This document shows, piece after piece, positions 21,502-29,917 of a DNA stretch of 64,000 bases (its first letter is position 1; each line of letters begins with the position of its first letter). The DNA is taken from contig JAZKYZ010000039.1 of assembly GCA_045612385.1 (NCBI GenBank), positions 969 through 64,968 on the forward strand, in the 5' to 3' direction. Under the pieces are notes generated by a model that saw only the letters and a program-made list of their open reading frames with translations, did not search any database and was not told the DNA's origin. This DNA is from Eubacteriales bacterium. Lineage in GTDB: Bacteria > Bacillota > Clostridia > Oscillospirales > CAG-272. A program made the position numbers and the translations under genes.

Positions 21502-22458
21502 ATGAAAGAAAAAAATATTTTTTCCAAACCACTCGTACTTACCCTTTTGGCATTGCTGTGCTGTGCGCTTTGGGGTAGCGCGACCCCCTTTATAAAAATC
21601 GGATATGAGTTGGTACTGCCTGCCGAGAGAGATGTGGCATCCACCATATTGTTTGCCGGCATTCGCTTTACCCTTGCAGGCATTTTGACGATTGCCATTT
21701 TCAGTATTGCAAGAGGTAAATTCCTCCTGCCCAAAAAAGAAAATCTTGGACGTGTCGGAATCATCAGTATTTTCCAGACGATTGTACAATACATTTTCTT
21801 CTATCTCGGTTTAGCAAACACCTCCGGTGTCAAGGGTACGGTCATCAGTGGTGGTTCGGTGTTTTTTGCTATTTTGATTTCCAGCCTGATCTTCCGTCAA
21901 GAAAAATTGACGTTGAAAAAGATTGTCGCTTGCATTGTCGGTTTTGCAGGAATTGTAGTGGCAAACCTTGCTGGAATCGAGCCAAATGTAAACATTGGTG
22001 ATGTTTTTGTGCTATTTTCCACCATTTCTCTTGCTGTTTCATCTGTTTTAATCAAGCGTTTTTCTGCGCACGAGGATCCCGTTATCATCAGTGGCTACCA
22101 GTTCATTGTCGGTGGTGGCGTAATGTGCATTGGCGCGCTTTGCTTTGGTGGTCGTGTCAATCTTGGCGACATTCGTGGCATTCTTGTACTTCTCTACCTT
22201 GCTCTGCTGTCTGCTGTCGCATACTCGGTTTGGGGCATCCTTCTCAAGTACAATCCCGTTTCCCGTGTTACGGTATTCACCTTTATGACACCCGTGTTCG
22301 GTGTTCTGCTCTCCCTGCTTTTGCTGACAAACGAGAACAGCGCCGTCGAGCCTTTGAATCTTATCCTCTGTCTTATTCTTGTGTCGACGGGTATTTTCAT
22401 TCTCAACTACCAAAAGCAAAAAAAGGAAATTCAAGAGGGCGATAACAAGCCACAGTAA
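21502..22458 (+). CDS. DMT/EamA-family transporter
   Basis: About 10 TM segments, LWGSA, RFTLAG, two EamA halves. Confidence 0.85.
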   Translation: MKEKNIFSKPLVLTLLALLCCALWGSATPFIKIGYELVLPAERDVASTILFAGIRFTLAGILTIAIFSIARGKFLLPKKENLGRVGIISIFQTIVQYIFFYLGLANTSGVKGTVISGGSVFFAILISSLIFRQEKLTLKKIVACIVGFAGIVVANLAGIEPNVNIGDVFVLFSTISLAVSSVLIKRFSAHEDPVIISGYQFIVGGGVMCIGALCFGGRVNLGDIRGILVLLYLALLSAVAYSVWGILLKYNPVSRVTVFTFMTPVFGVLLSLLLLTNENSAVEPLNLILCLILVSTGIFILNYQKQKKEIQEGDNKPQ

Positions 22459-22564
22459 GAAAAGAATTTTTAATAAAAGCCCCTCCCATACGGTAACCAA
22501 AATTTTGGTTTTGCATAAAATGCATTATACAAACCAAAAGAGAGTTATATTGGGAGGGGTTTTT

Positions 22565-23161
22565 ATGCAATTAGAAAAAGTAATTATTGACGGTCAAGTG
22601 TATTACAAAGAGGTCATACGAGAGCAAGAGAGCATTGCCACAGGCGAAGAGATATCTCCCCAAAAGGAGGATGTGGTTGCCCTGTGGCGTGAGAAATTTG
22701 AAAGAGGCTTTGCCCGAGCGAAGGCCATCGTAAAAAGGCAGACGAGAAGCGCAAGGGAAAAGTTCAGGGGTGGCATTGAAAGGCTCTTTCCAAAGTGCGT
22801 GGAAGCAACAAATGAAGAGAGTTTAGTCTTGCTTTTGCCATATATGGACGAACAGGGCAGGAGCGAGGTTTTTCGTGAACTGATGAAACGATCGAATGTT
22901 ATCGAAAAACTTTCTCCCGAAAGTGTCCTTCCTTATTTCAATGCGCAAGAGTGCGATGCCTTCATTCTTTTTGTCGTGGAGCATTTCCGACAAGGGGATT
23001 TGTCGACAATGGCAAAATTCGCAAGCGAGAATTGCCTTCACCAACTGGTAGATGGCTTTATTGAGGGACGGTACGCCGACATCCAGATAGAAAGCCTATA
23101 TCCGTATCTTCCAAAAAACGAGATCAAACGTCTGCTTACGTATTATGTAGAAGAGCAATAA
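22565..23161 (+). CDS. Hypothetical protein
   Basis: Start MQLEK after GGAGG; repeated L.PY helical motifs. Confidence 0.6.
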   Translation: MQLEKVIIDGQVYYKEVIREQESIATGEEISPQKEDVVALWREKFERGFARAKAIVKRQTRSAREKFRGGIERLFPKCVEATNEESLVLLLPYMDEQGRSEVFRELMKRSNVIEKLSPESVLPYFNAQECDAFILFVVEHFRQGDLSTMAKFASENCLHQLVDGFIEGRYADIQIESLYPYLPKNEIKRLLTYYVEEQ

Positions 23162-23270
23162 AGGTTAAAATAATGATTCCAATTTAAAAAACAGAAAGGA
23201 GGCTTTGAGAAACCAAAGCCTCCTTTGTATAGCCGATCTTAAAAAAGTCGTTTAATTAACTAAACCATTA

Positions 23271-23912
23271 TTACAATTTTGAGTAACCAAAACTATTTAC
23301 CAAAGCATCAATGGGAACGCCTGCTTTACATAGTGGGCATTCGTGCGAGGGGGAGCTCATAAAGTCCCCAAGATCCTGTGGATTAAAGACGGAACAAACA
23401 GGATATCCTGCGCAACTATCCCTTGTTGCAAAAATGGATGCGACGCCTGCGACATATCCGTTGTAGTAGCGAATGGCCTCGACGGCAGCCTGCGCAGTAT
23501 AACCGGTTGAAACAGAGGCAGCAAGTATGAGGACATTCTTACCTGTAATCATAGGCGCTATGCTATCTCGGAAAATAATCTGGCTACCAGAGGTGTGCTC
23601 TGGGGTGACGATGTAAATTGTTTGGTGTGCATTCATATTGGAAAAGCCACCCTGCGTCAGTTCATTTGCCAGACAAGTTCCGATCACCTCAGTACCGTCA
23701 AGACAGAGAATGGTGTCGACGATCGTAGTCGAACGATAATAACTAACCAATTCTTCTGCGAGAGCCTTCGCCTCAGAGAGTCTACTCTTTTGTGTCGTGA
23801 CATCAATGTAGTAATTGATATGGCTATGGCTGGTAGCAAAATGTCCTTTTACAACGCGCAAATACAAATTTTTGCGTTTGGTCTGGATTTTATATGCGTT
23901 ACTTGTTGGCAT
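23271..23912 (-). CDS. Phosphoribosyltransferase family protein (orotate PRT-like)
   Basis: GHFATSHSHINYYID, CPLCKAG; the PRPP loop is atypical (ILAASVSTG). Confidence 0.7.
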   Translation of the reverse strand: MPTSNAYKIQTKRKNLYLRVVKGHFATSHSHINYYIDVTTQKSRLSEAKALAEELVSYYRSTTIVDTILCLDGTEVIGTCLANELTQGGFSNMNAHQTIYIVTPEHTSGSQIIFRDSIAPMITGKNVLILAASVSTGYTAQAAVEAIRYYNGYVAGVASIFATRDSCAGYPVCSVFNPQDLGDFMSSPSHECPLCKAGVPIDALVNSFGYSKL

Positions 23913-24045
23913 AAATTGTCTCCTCTTTATAGTTTTCTTTGTATATATTTTACACTTTTTTCGCACTTTTGTCAATGCCTCTCTGCATTTTTCCACAATC
24001 TGCCCAATTTTCTCATAAAAATCACAACCGAGCAAAGGAAATCTA

Positions 24046-24074
24046 TTGCATTTTGCCCAAAATCGTGTTATAAT
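24046..24074 (+). promoter_or_regulatory. SigmaA promoter of the host tRNA-Arg
   Basis: TTGCAT-17 bp-TATAAT with extended TG. Confidence 0.75.
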
Positions 24075-24135
24075 AGATACAAAGATGCGATTCATTGCGA
24101 ATGCAAATTTCATCCTTAAATCAATATTTCCATAC

Positions 24136-24176
24136 GCCTGCATAGTTAAATGGATATAATAAACCCCTCCTAAGGG
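24136..24176 (+). pseudogene. 5' half of the host tRNA-Arg(CCU), split by the element (attL)
   Basis: GCCTGCA-TA-GTTA AATGGATA TAAT-A-AACCC-CTCCTAA-GGG, followed by non-tRNA sequence; its stems pair with the 3' half at 45572-45616. Confidence 0.9.
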
Positions 24177-24264
24177 GTAGCTCTCGCCTTGTCTCGACCG
24201 AGCAAACGCGAGAAAAAGCGAGGAAAACGGCGAAAACGCAACTTTGCCCCGTCACCGCAGGAAA

Positions 24265-24295
24265 TTTGGCACCCTATTTGGTGCCCTGCGGCACC
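24265..24295 (+). repeat. Putative integrase arm-type sites (left)
   Basis: TTTGGCACC, TTTGGTGCC, TGCGGCACC; same motif as at the right end. Confidence 0.65.
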
Positions 24296-24355
24296 TTTTG
24301 CGCATTTTTTAAGGGATAGGCGTGCTTCAAGCATCTTCTATAAATTTCATAATTT

Positions 24356-24430
24356 GCCTCCGTAGTAAAGTGGATATTACAAGTCCCTCCTAAGGATTAG
24401 TCGTGGGTTCGATTCCCGCCGGGGGTGCCA
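24356..24430 (+). tRNA. tRNA-Arg(CCU), intact element-borne copy
   Basis: GCCTCCG acceptor, D arm GTAA/TTAC, AGTCC-CTCCTAA-GGATT, GTGGG-TTCGATT-CCCGC, CGGGGGT-G-CCA; 75 nt. Confidence 0.93.
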
Positions 24431-24460
24431 AAAAGCCGACAGCAAACGCTGCCGGCTTTT
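24431..24460. terminator. Bidirectional intrinsic terminator after the tRNA
   Basis: aaaagccgacagc-aaac-gctgccggctttt. Confidence 0.8.
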
Positions 24461-24477
24461 GTATTTAGTAATAGTGA

Positions 24478-25176
24478 TTATTCAGTGAGGTTTCTCGTGC
24501 TTACTCCCGTTAAAACCTGTTCAGACGGGAGTGCCACACTAATGTCGCTAATATCGCCAATTTCAAGAATGATATGGTCATCGTGGCACTGATCAGACAC
24601 AAAAACGAAGCGACCTTCTTGTTGATATCTATATGATTCTCGTTTCCAAAATGCTATGTTATGCATTCCTCTTAACATATCAATAAGCATACTTGCATTA
24701 TCAACGGTTTCATCGTAGTATTTCACACCACTGAAGTATGCGGTAAAACCTGCCTTTTCAGCAGCTTTTTTTACTCGATCGATGAAAGCATTGCTATCGA
24801 GAATAATTAATGCGGTGTCACCAAATGATAGCATTTTTTCTTTCTGTTGCTCAGTAAAGGCAAATCTTTCTAGTTGTGGATAAATTCCAAACATGCAAAA
24901 AACGAAATCGTCGGAGTGGGATGTTTTTATCAGTTCATCTTTTAATACAATTTCTTCGCCGGTACTGGGAATTTTTATTATTGCCTCGTTAACATGTACC
25001 ATTGCTTCAAAGCCATCACCAATCTCTTTATCACCAGTTTCTTCTTCCAATTTCCTATAATATCCAAGAGTTTTGGCATATAAGGATCCTTTTTGTAATT
25101 GTTTGATTCGTTCTGCGCTTTGAAATTTGATTAATGGTATCCCTTTGATCTGTATAGAAATGGTTGATTCATCCAT
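24478..25176 (-). CDS. Hypothetical protein, possible DUF2971/ART-like fold
   Basis: AT-rich 232-aa ORF with its own promoter and RBS; FCMF...VKYYD...FWK..Y.YQQE.RF pattern. Confidence 0.6.
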   Translation of the reverse strand: MDESTISIQIKGIPLIKFQSAERIKQLQKGSLYAKTLGYYRKLEEETGDKEIGDGFEAMVHVNEAIIKIPSTGEEIVLKDELIKTSHSDDFVFCMFGIYPQLERFAFTEQQKEKMLSFGDTALIILDSNAFIDRVKKAAEKAGFTAYFSGVKYYDETVDNASMLIDMLRGMHNIAFWKRESYRYQQEGRFVFVSDQCHDDHIILEIGDISDISVALPSEQVLTGVSTRNLTE

Positions 25177-25255
25177 AAACAGTACCTCCTTTATTTAATA
25201 ATTATATCATAAATGTGTGAATTTTTCAACCATTTCCGCATAATATATAGCAGCC

Positions 25256-25293
25256 AAAACGGGCGACGATCGCAATGATCATCGCCCGTTTTT
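25256..25293. terminator. Intrinsic terminator downstream of the integrase
   Basis: aaaacgggcgacgatc-gcaat-gatcatcgcccgttttt. Confidence 0.75.
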
Positions 25294-25298
25294 GTATG

Positions 25299-26693
25299 TT
25301 AATCGAACAGTTCCTCAATCTTTTCTGCTGCTGTTCTGTCCGAACTTTTTAGGAAGTGGCTGTATATGTCGGTTGTGGTGCTGGTTCGTGCGTGGCCTGC
25401 TCGGCCTGCAACCGTCACCAGTGGGACGCCTGCTGCGATTTGCATCGTGATATTGGTGTGGCGTAGCGAGTGCACCGTTCTGTGCGGCAGTCCCGCCTGA
25501 TCGCAGATCTTATGTACCCAGTATGATATCGTGCCGGGATACATGACCTTTCCGTCCTCCGAGATGAACAGCCTGTTCGTCTCGTGCCATCGGTCACCAA
25601 CGTCGTATTTGTACTGATCGTACCATTCCTTGTACTCCATGAGCACCGCCACCAGCTTATCCGATATACTGATGACGCGTTTACTGCTCTCAGTCTTGGG
25701 ATCCTTTTCTACGAGGCCGACGCCTTTTACCGTTGTGACGGATCGTTCTATGGTGATCGTTCCTTCATCGAGGTCGACATTCGACCATTCCAGCCCGCAG
25801 AGCTCACCGCGCCGAATGCCTGTGAGCAGGAGTATGAGAGCTGCCGTTTTGCATCGCACATCCGGATACGCCAGCGCTGTTGCGTAGAATAGCTTGGCAT
25901 CTTCATCGTTCATGTAGTCGATTTCCTTCGATGGCCGCTTCGGGAAGTCGATGTAATCTGCGGTAGCGTAGTTATCGACGATAAGTCGCTGCTTCTTTGC
26001 GTGCGAGAGTATCGCGCGCAGCGTGCGCTTGATTTTGTGCATGGTCTCGTATGCGTATGGTTGCTTCTTCTTTTTCACATTGAATAGCGCTGTGGTGCGG
26101 CAGCCGAAGTTTTCTGCGATCTTTTCCGCCTGCTCTAGTCGGATGTTATCGCCGCGCAGAGCTGCCAGCAAAGGCCCGCTGTCGTAGTCCAATTTCTGTT
26201 TCAGTTTGCGCTCTCCGCGTCTCGCTGCGTCAACTACTTCTTGGAATTCCGGCTTGGCGCATACCGTAATGATGATTCTTTCGCGCCTGTCGAGCTCGTC
26301 GTAGAATCGCTGTATGATCGTCGGGTTGAGCTCGCGCAGCTTGTAGCCGCCAATGCTGGCGGCTATTTCTGTGATTGCGGATTGGCAGTTGACGTAGTAG
26401 CTGACCGACAGTTCTTCCTTGCGGCGCTCCAGCCACCATTTCATGTAGTCGGCCAGCGTGGTGTCGGGTGAGACACCATCGCCGCCTGCGGCCGTGAGGG
26501 ACATGCGCAGATTGTTTTCGTACTGATCCGCGTACACGATCACCTCACGCTCCATCTGCTTCGGCGTCATTCCCATTTGCGGCTTCCATGTGGTGGAATA
26601 GACATTCATCTTTCCGCTGCCTTTGTCCTTGAGTTTCACCTGTATGCGGTAGGTGGGACCGGATTTCGTCATTCGTTTCGTTATCGTTGCCAT
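25299..26693 (-). CDS. Tyrosine recombinase/integrase
   Basis: TGIRRGELCGL, K (PKT), HSLRHT, GHA, Y (DIYSH); arm-binding N-terminus. Confidence 0.95.
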   Translation of the reverse strand: MATITKRMTKSGPTYRIQVKLKDKGSGKMNVYSTTWKPQMGMTPKQMEREVIVYADQYENNLRMSLTAAGGDGVSPDTTLADYMKWWLERRKEELSVSYYVNCQSAITEIAASIGGYKLRELNPTIIQRFYDELDRRERIIITVCAKPEFQEVVDAARRGERKLKQKLDYDSGPLLAALRGDNIRLEQAEKIAENFGCRTTALFNVKKKKQPYAYETMHKIKRTLRAILSHAKKQRLIVDNYATADYIDFPKRPSKEIDYMNDEDAKLFYATALAYPDVRCKTAALILLLTGIRRGELCGLEWSNVDLDEGTITIERSVTTVKGVGLVEKDPKTESSKRVISISDKLVAVLMEYKEWYDQYKYDVGDRWHETNRLFISEDGKVMYPGTISYWVHKICDQAGLPHRTVHSLRHTNITMQIAAGVPLVTVAGRAGHARTSTTTDIYSHFLKSSDRTAAEKIEELFD

Positions 26694-26768
26694 ATCAATT
26701 CCTCCGTTTTATCGTCGTTATAGCAAGCCCTTGGCAACAACAAAGGAAGCCACAAAGGTCTGCAAAAG

Positions 26769-26972
26769 TCAAGCAGTTTTTTGAAAATTTCCTGATAAAA
26801 ATGCAATTAGTGCATCGAGATCCACAAGGATCTTTTTGCCGGTGAAAACGCAGTGTACCTTGCCTTCCTTGCAAAGCGTGCGGATGCAGTTTGCGGTGAT
26901 TGCGGACTGTTCGTCCATTTCCTTAATGATCGCGACCGATTCGTTGATGGTGCGCATTCTGTGTATAGTCAT
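26769..26972 (-). CDS. Excisionase-like winged-helix protein (copy 1)
   Basis: MTIHRMRTINE...ITANCIRTLCKEGKV...GKKILVDLD; AAAGGAG RBS; directly upstream of the integrase. Confidence 0.75.
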   Translation of the reverse strand: MTIHRMRTINESVAIIKEMDEQSAITANCIRTLCKEGKVHCVFTGKKILVDLDALIAFLSGNFQKTA

Positions 26973-27006
26973 AAAAACTCCTTTCATATCTTGAAAACTT
27001 GAATGT

Positions 27007-27102
27007 GGGGGTATACCCCCTCTTGATTTCCCGATTTTTCGCGCGTGACTCCTCGCCCGTCTCACAAGCGAAAGTCGTAGAGATTTTGATCCCCCTACCC
27101 CC
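27007..27102 (-). other. cos-like packaging region
   Basis: Minus strand GGGGGTAGGGGGATCAAAATCTCTA...GAGACGGGCGAGGAGTCACGCGCGAAAAATCGGGAAAT...GGGGGTATACCCCC resembles the HNH-terS intergenic cos region of Bacillota cos siphophages. Confidence 0.6.
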
Positions 27103-27108
27103 GAAGGG

Positions 27109-27194
27109 ATGTCGCTGATGTAGCAAGTATTACAGGTCATTCTTATTTTTCATTCTATAGAGATGAACTTATAAACCTGCTACATCTGCGACGT
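27109..27194. repeat. Imperfect 20-bp inverted repeat flanking an AT-rich spacer, candidate replication origin
   Basis: atgtcgctgatgtagcaagt ... acctgctacatctgcgacgt, immediately after the primase stop. Confidence 0.55.
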
Positions 27195-27199
27195 GAAAA

Positions 27200-29356
27200 T
27201 TAAAGGGGCTGTGCGGTATCGAGAATTTTATATTTTAACAACATGGTGGTTTCGCTACCTCCACCTTTCGGGCGTTTGCGCACCACGGTCGCAAAGCCAC
27301 AAAGTGACTGCTTGAACTTCGTCATGCTCTCGGCACGATAGCCATTGTCCTCGCACCACCGCTGATATTCCTTATAAACATCTGCTGTGCGCACCTCGGC
27401 GTTATCGTCTGATTCAAGGCACTCATCCACAAAGCGCATGACCTTATCGCTGTCTTTGCGGTAGTCTTCGATTGCGTTTTTCGCCGTCTGCGGAAGCTTG
27501 AGTCCTTCCTTACGGAGCATTGCATATCCTTCCACCAGCCAATTGAGTATAGCGCTCTGACTGTTCGGGTGTGAGAAGAAAACTTTCAGGTTTGTGTCCT
27601 GCTCGCCCTCTCCAAAGTGGCGATCAAATGTAATAACGATAACTCGATCACTGCTAAAGAGCGTCAGATCGCTGATGGCTGGGCGGTAATTGGTGTTGAT
27701 GTACATTTTGAACTGCGGTCTGAAATCGAAGCTGTTTTCATGCAGGAAGCGGGCGTTCAACGTGTCGTTACCGGTCATGCTTTTAACGAGCGCTGCATCA
27801 AGGCGCAAATTGCGATCCGGCTCCGAAATATTGACAAATCGCACGCCTGCGAGACGCGCCACGTCTTCACTTGGCATTTGGCTGCTGCTGTTCTGTTTCA
27901 CGGCGATTGTTTCCGAGCGAGCGGTGCAACCATAGCTACCAAGCACCTTCAGTACGCTTTCGCAAAGTGTTCCTTTACCATTGCGCGTTGTGGCGCCGTA
28001 AAAGATGAAGAAGCACTCGTATCGTGTATCGCCGCTAAGACCATATCCAAGCACCTTCTGCAAGAAGCGAGCTTTTTCCTGATCTTCGCAGGTGATTTCC
28101 TGCACGAAGCGCTCAAAGCGCTCGCAGCGGGCTTCCGGATTGTAGATGACATCGGAGATTTTGGTGAGCTTGTCCGACGCCGTATGTGATGTGAATTTCA
28201 TGGTGTCAAGGTGCAGTGTTCCGTTCTGACAATTGAAAACGTAAGGATCGCTGTCGAATTCTTCCATGCGAATCTTATGTACGCCTTGCGCGTCCTTGAG
28301 TATGGTATCACGCATTTTGCGCGTCTGCCACTTGGCACAGAATTTCATGTACTCCTGACGCCTATTTTCGTCAACGATGGACATACAGTAAATCATCAGG
28401 TTTTTTGCAAGCTCCTTGCAATATTCCATAGTGCAAAGGGAGCCGATATCCTGCTGCCAAATTCCGTCTGCGTAATAGTACCAGCTTTTGCGCGCAGGCA
28501 CATAGCGGACAATGTTCTGATAATAATCCGCAAAGAGCTGTCCCGCGCCGAGCTCCGTCCACGGATAGAGTCTGTTTTCTTCCGGTTTCAGCTTTTGCAA
28601 ACATTCCTGCGGAGCTGCAAACTGTTCCGGCGGTACATATCCGTCCTCATCGGCTATGCGTACGCCGTATTTCTTCGCGTTCTGCCAAATGCTTTCCAAC
28701 TCCGCCTGTTCGAGCGGGGGCACGCATTTGAGCGCCTCCACATCGAATTGCGCTCTCGCTATGCCTGAGTCACCGTGGCGTTTAATGAGCTTGCACGCCT
28801 TAGAGAGAAGCGCAGCGTTGCGTCCTCCCGCCAGAATGAACAGTGAGTCCACCGTGGCTTGTCCTTCGAACATCATCACCTGCGGCGCCGCCACACCGAA
28901 CATAAAGCGTCCTGCATCAAGCGCGTTGGCGTCAAATTCGGGGAATCTTCGTTGGATCTGTTTCTTCAGCTCCACGTACTGCTTGGCATTGTCGATGCGC
29001 TGAATGGGAAAATAAACGTGGAATTTCGGGCGAGCCGCCTTGCCTTTCTTGACCTTCATGTGATTGCGACTGTAACTGACTGCAAACGCTACATCGGGAA
29101 ACGCCAAGCGTACATCTTCCGGTGTTTTCCATGCGGCCGGATCATCGCTGTGATCGTTATCGCAATCCATCGGAATGCAATCAGAGTACAGAAAATTCTC
29201 GTTGCCTCTGCAATCGTTCTTGTACTTGGCGCAAACGTGATCGCGACGCATAGCCTGCTCCAGTGCACGAAGATCGGTGATCGGCGCCTCGTTGGGATAG
29301 TTTTTGTTCTGCGGAACCTCGGTAGTGTTAGCGGTGTAAAGAGTGAATTGCATCAC
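27200..29356 (-). CDS. Primase-helicase, phage/plasmid P4 family (prim-pol N-terminus, PriCT, D5_N, SF3 ATPase)
   Basis: DCDND and KFHVYF prim-pol motifs, GGRNAAL PriCT, FNCQNG.L.L, TRNGKGT Walker A, ARFLHENSFDF.PQFK. Confidence 0.9.
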   Translation of the reverse strand: MMQFTLYTANTTEVPQNKNYPNEAPITDLRALEQAMRRDHVCAKYKNDCRGNENFLYSDCIPMDCDNDHSDDPAAWKTPEDVRLAFPDVAFAVSYSRNHMKVKKGKAARPKFHVYFPIQRIDNAKQYVELKKQIQRRFPEFDANALDAGRFMFGVAAPQVMMFEGQATVDSLFILAGGRNAALLSKACKLIKRHGDSGIARAQFDVEALKCVPPLEQAELESIWQNAKKYGVRIADEDGYVPPEQFAAPQECLQKLKPEENRLYPWTELGAGQLFADYYQNIVRYVPARKSWYYYADGIWQQDIGSLCTMEYCKELAKNLMIYCMSIVDENRRQEYMKFCAKWQTRKMRDTILKDAQGVHKIRMEEFDSDPYVFNCQNGTLHLDTMKFTSHTASDKLTKISDVIYNPEARCERFERFVQEITCEDQEKARFLQKVLGYGLSGDTRYECFFIFYGATTRNGKGTLCESVLKVLGSYGCTARSETIAVKQNSSSQMPSEDVARLAGVRFVNISEPDRNLRLDAALVKSMTGNDTLNARFLHENSFDFRPQFKMYINTNYRPAISDLTLFSSDRVIVITFDRHFGEGEQDTNLKVFFSHPNSQSAILNWLVEGYAMLRKEGLKLPQTAKNAIEDYRKDSDKVMRFVDECLESDDNAEVRTADVYKEYQRWCEDNGYRAESMTKFKQSLCGFATVVRKRPKGGGSETTMLLKYKILDTAQPL

Positions 29357-29568
29357 TGCACACCACCTCCTTCCGTTCCTGCAGGCTGGCCGTTCAGCTC
29401 TTTAGCAGCTGCGTCGATCGCCTGCATTACTTTTTCTTTTTGCTCTCCATCGAGCTCGCGGCGAAGCATGCGCGACAAGCTCTCCGGAGAAATTCCGAGC
29501 TTCGAGGCGATTTGCCAGAAATACACACCGCGCTCGATAGCCTTTATTCGAATGTCTTTGTTTTTCAT
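29353..29568 (-). CDS. Small XRE/Cro-like HTH regulator
   Basis: GVYFWQIASKLGISPESLSRMLRREL; translationally coupled to the primase (ATGA overlap). Confidence 0.8.
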   Translation of the reverse strand: MKNKDIRIKAIERGVYFWQIASKLGISPESLSRMLRRELDGEQKEKVMQAIDAAAKELNGQPAGTEGGGVQ

Positions 29569-29604
29569 AATTCCTCCATTTTGTGTGTTAACAGGTTGTT
29601 ACCA

Positions 29605-29892
29605 TCACTGCGTAAAAAAATATGCGTCGTGGCCACCTCCTGTAGTTTGTTTCTTGGGGCAAAGGACTGTGCGCTGTGCTGAACATCGCTGCTCCGGCTG
29701 CAGTCCGAAACGAGCGCAATTCTGCGCGTATACACGCACCGTATATATTTGATAGGAAGAAGGCCTTCCTGCTCGGCGCCGCATGCCGCGCGCAGATCCA
29801 CCATGCTTTCTCACCGGATTCATACGCGTTTTGAATCCTTGATCTGCCGACCGCTTGAAAGTATGGTTTCTCCTACATACTGCGTTTTGCAT
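29605..29892 (-). CDS. Possible small basic ORF, first gene downstream of the array
   Basis: Strong AGGAGGT RBS before the ATG; no recognisable motif. Confidence 0.35.
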   Translation of the reverse strand: MQNAVCRRNHTFKRSADQGFKTRMNPVRKHGGSARGMRRRAGRPSSYQIYTVRVYAQNCARFGLQPEQRCSAQRTVLCPKKQTTGGGHDAYFFTQ

Positions 29893-29917
29893 TTTGTACC
29901 TCCTGTCCTTTGCTTGT

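Noticed and set aside
23913-24143. N-terminal extension of the PRT ORF (similarly the extended starts for pyk, murA and cysE)
   Set aside because: The extensions run over promoters or neighbouring genes; downstream ATGs match the family N-termini.
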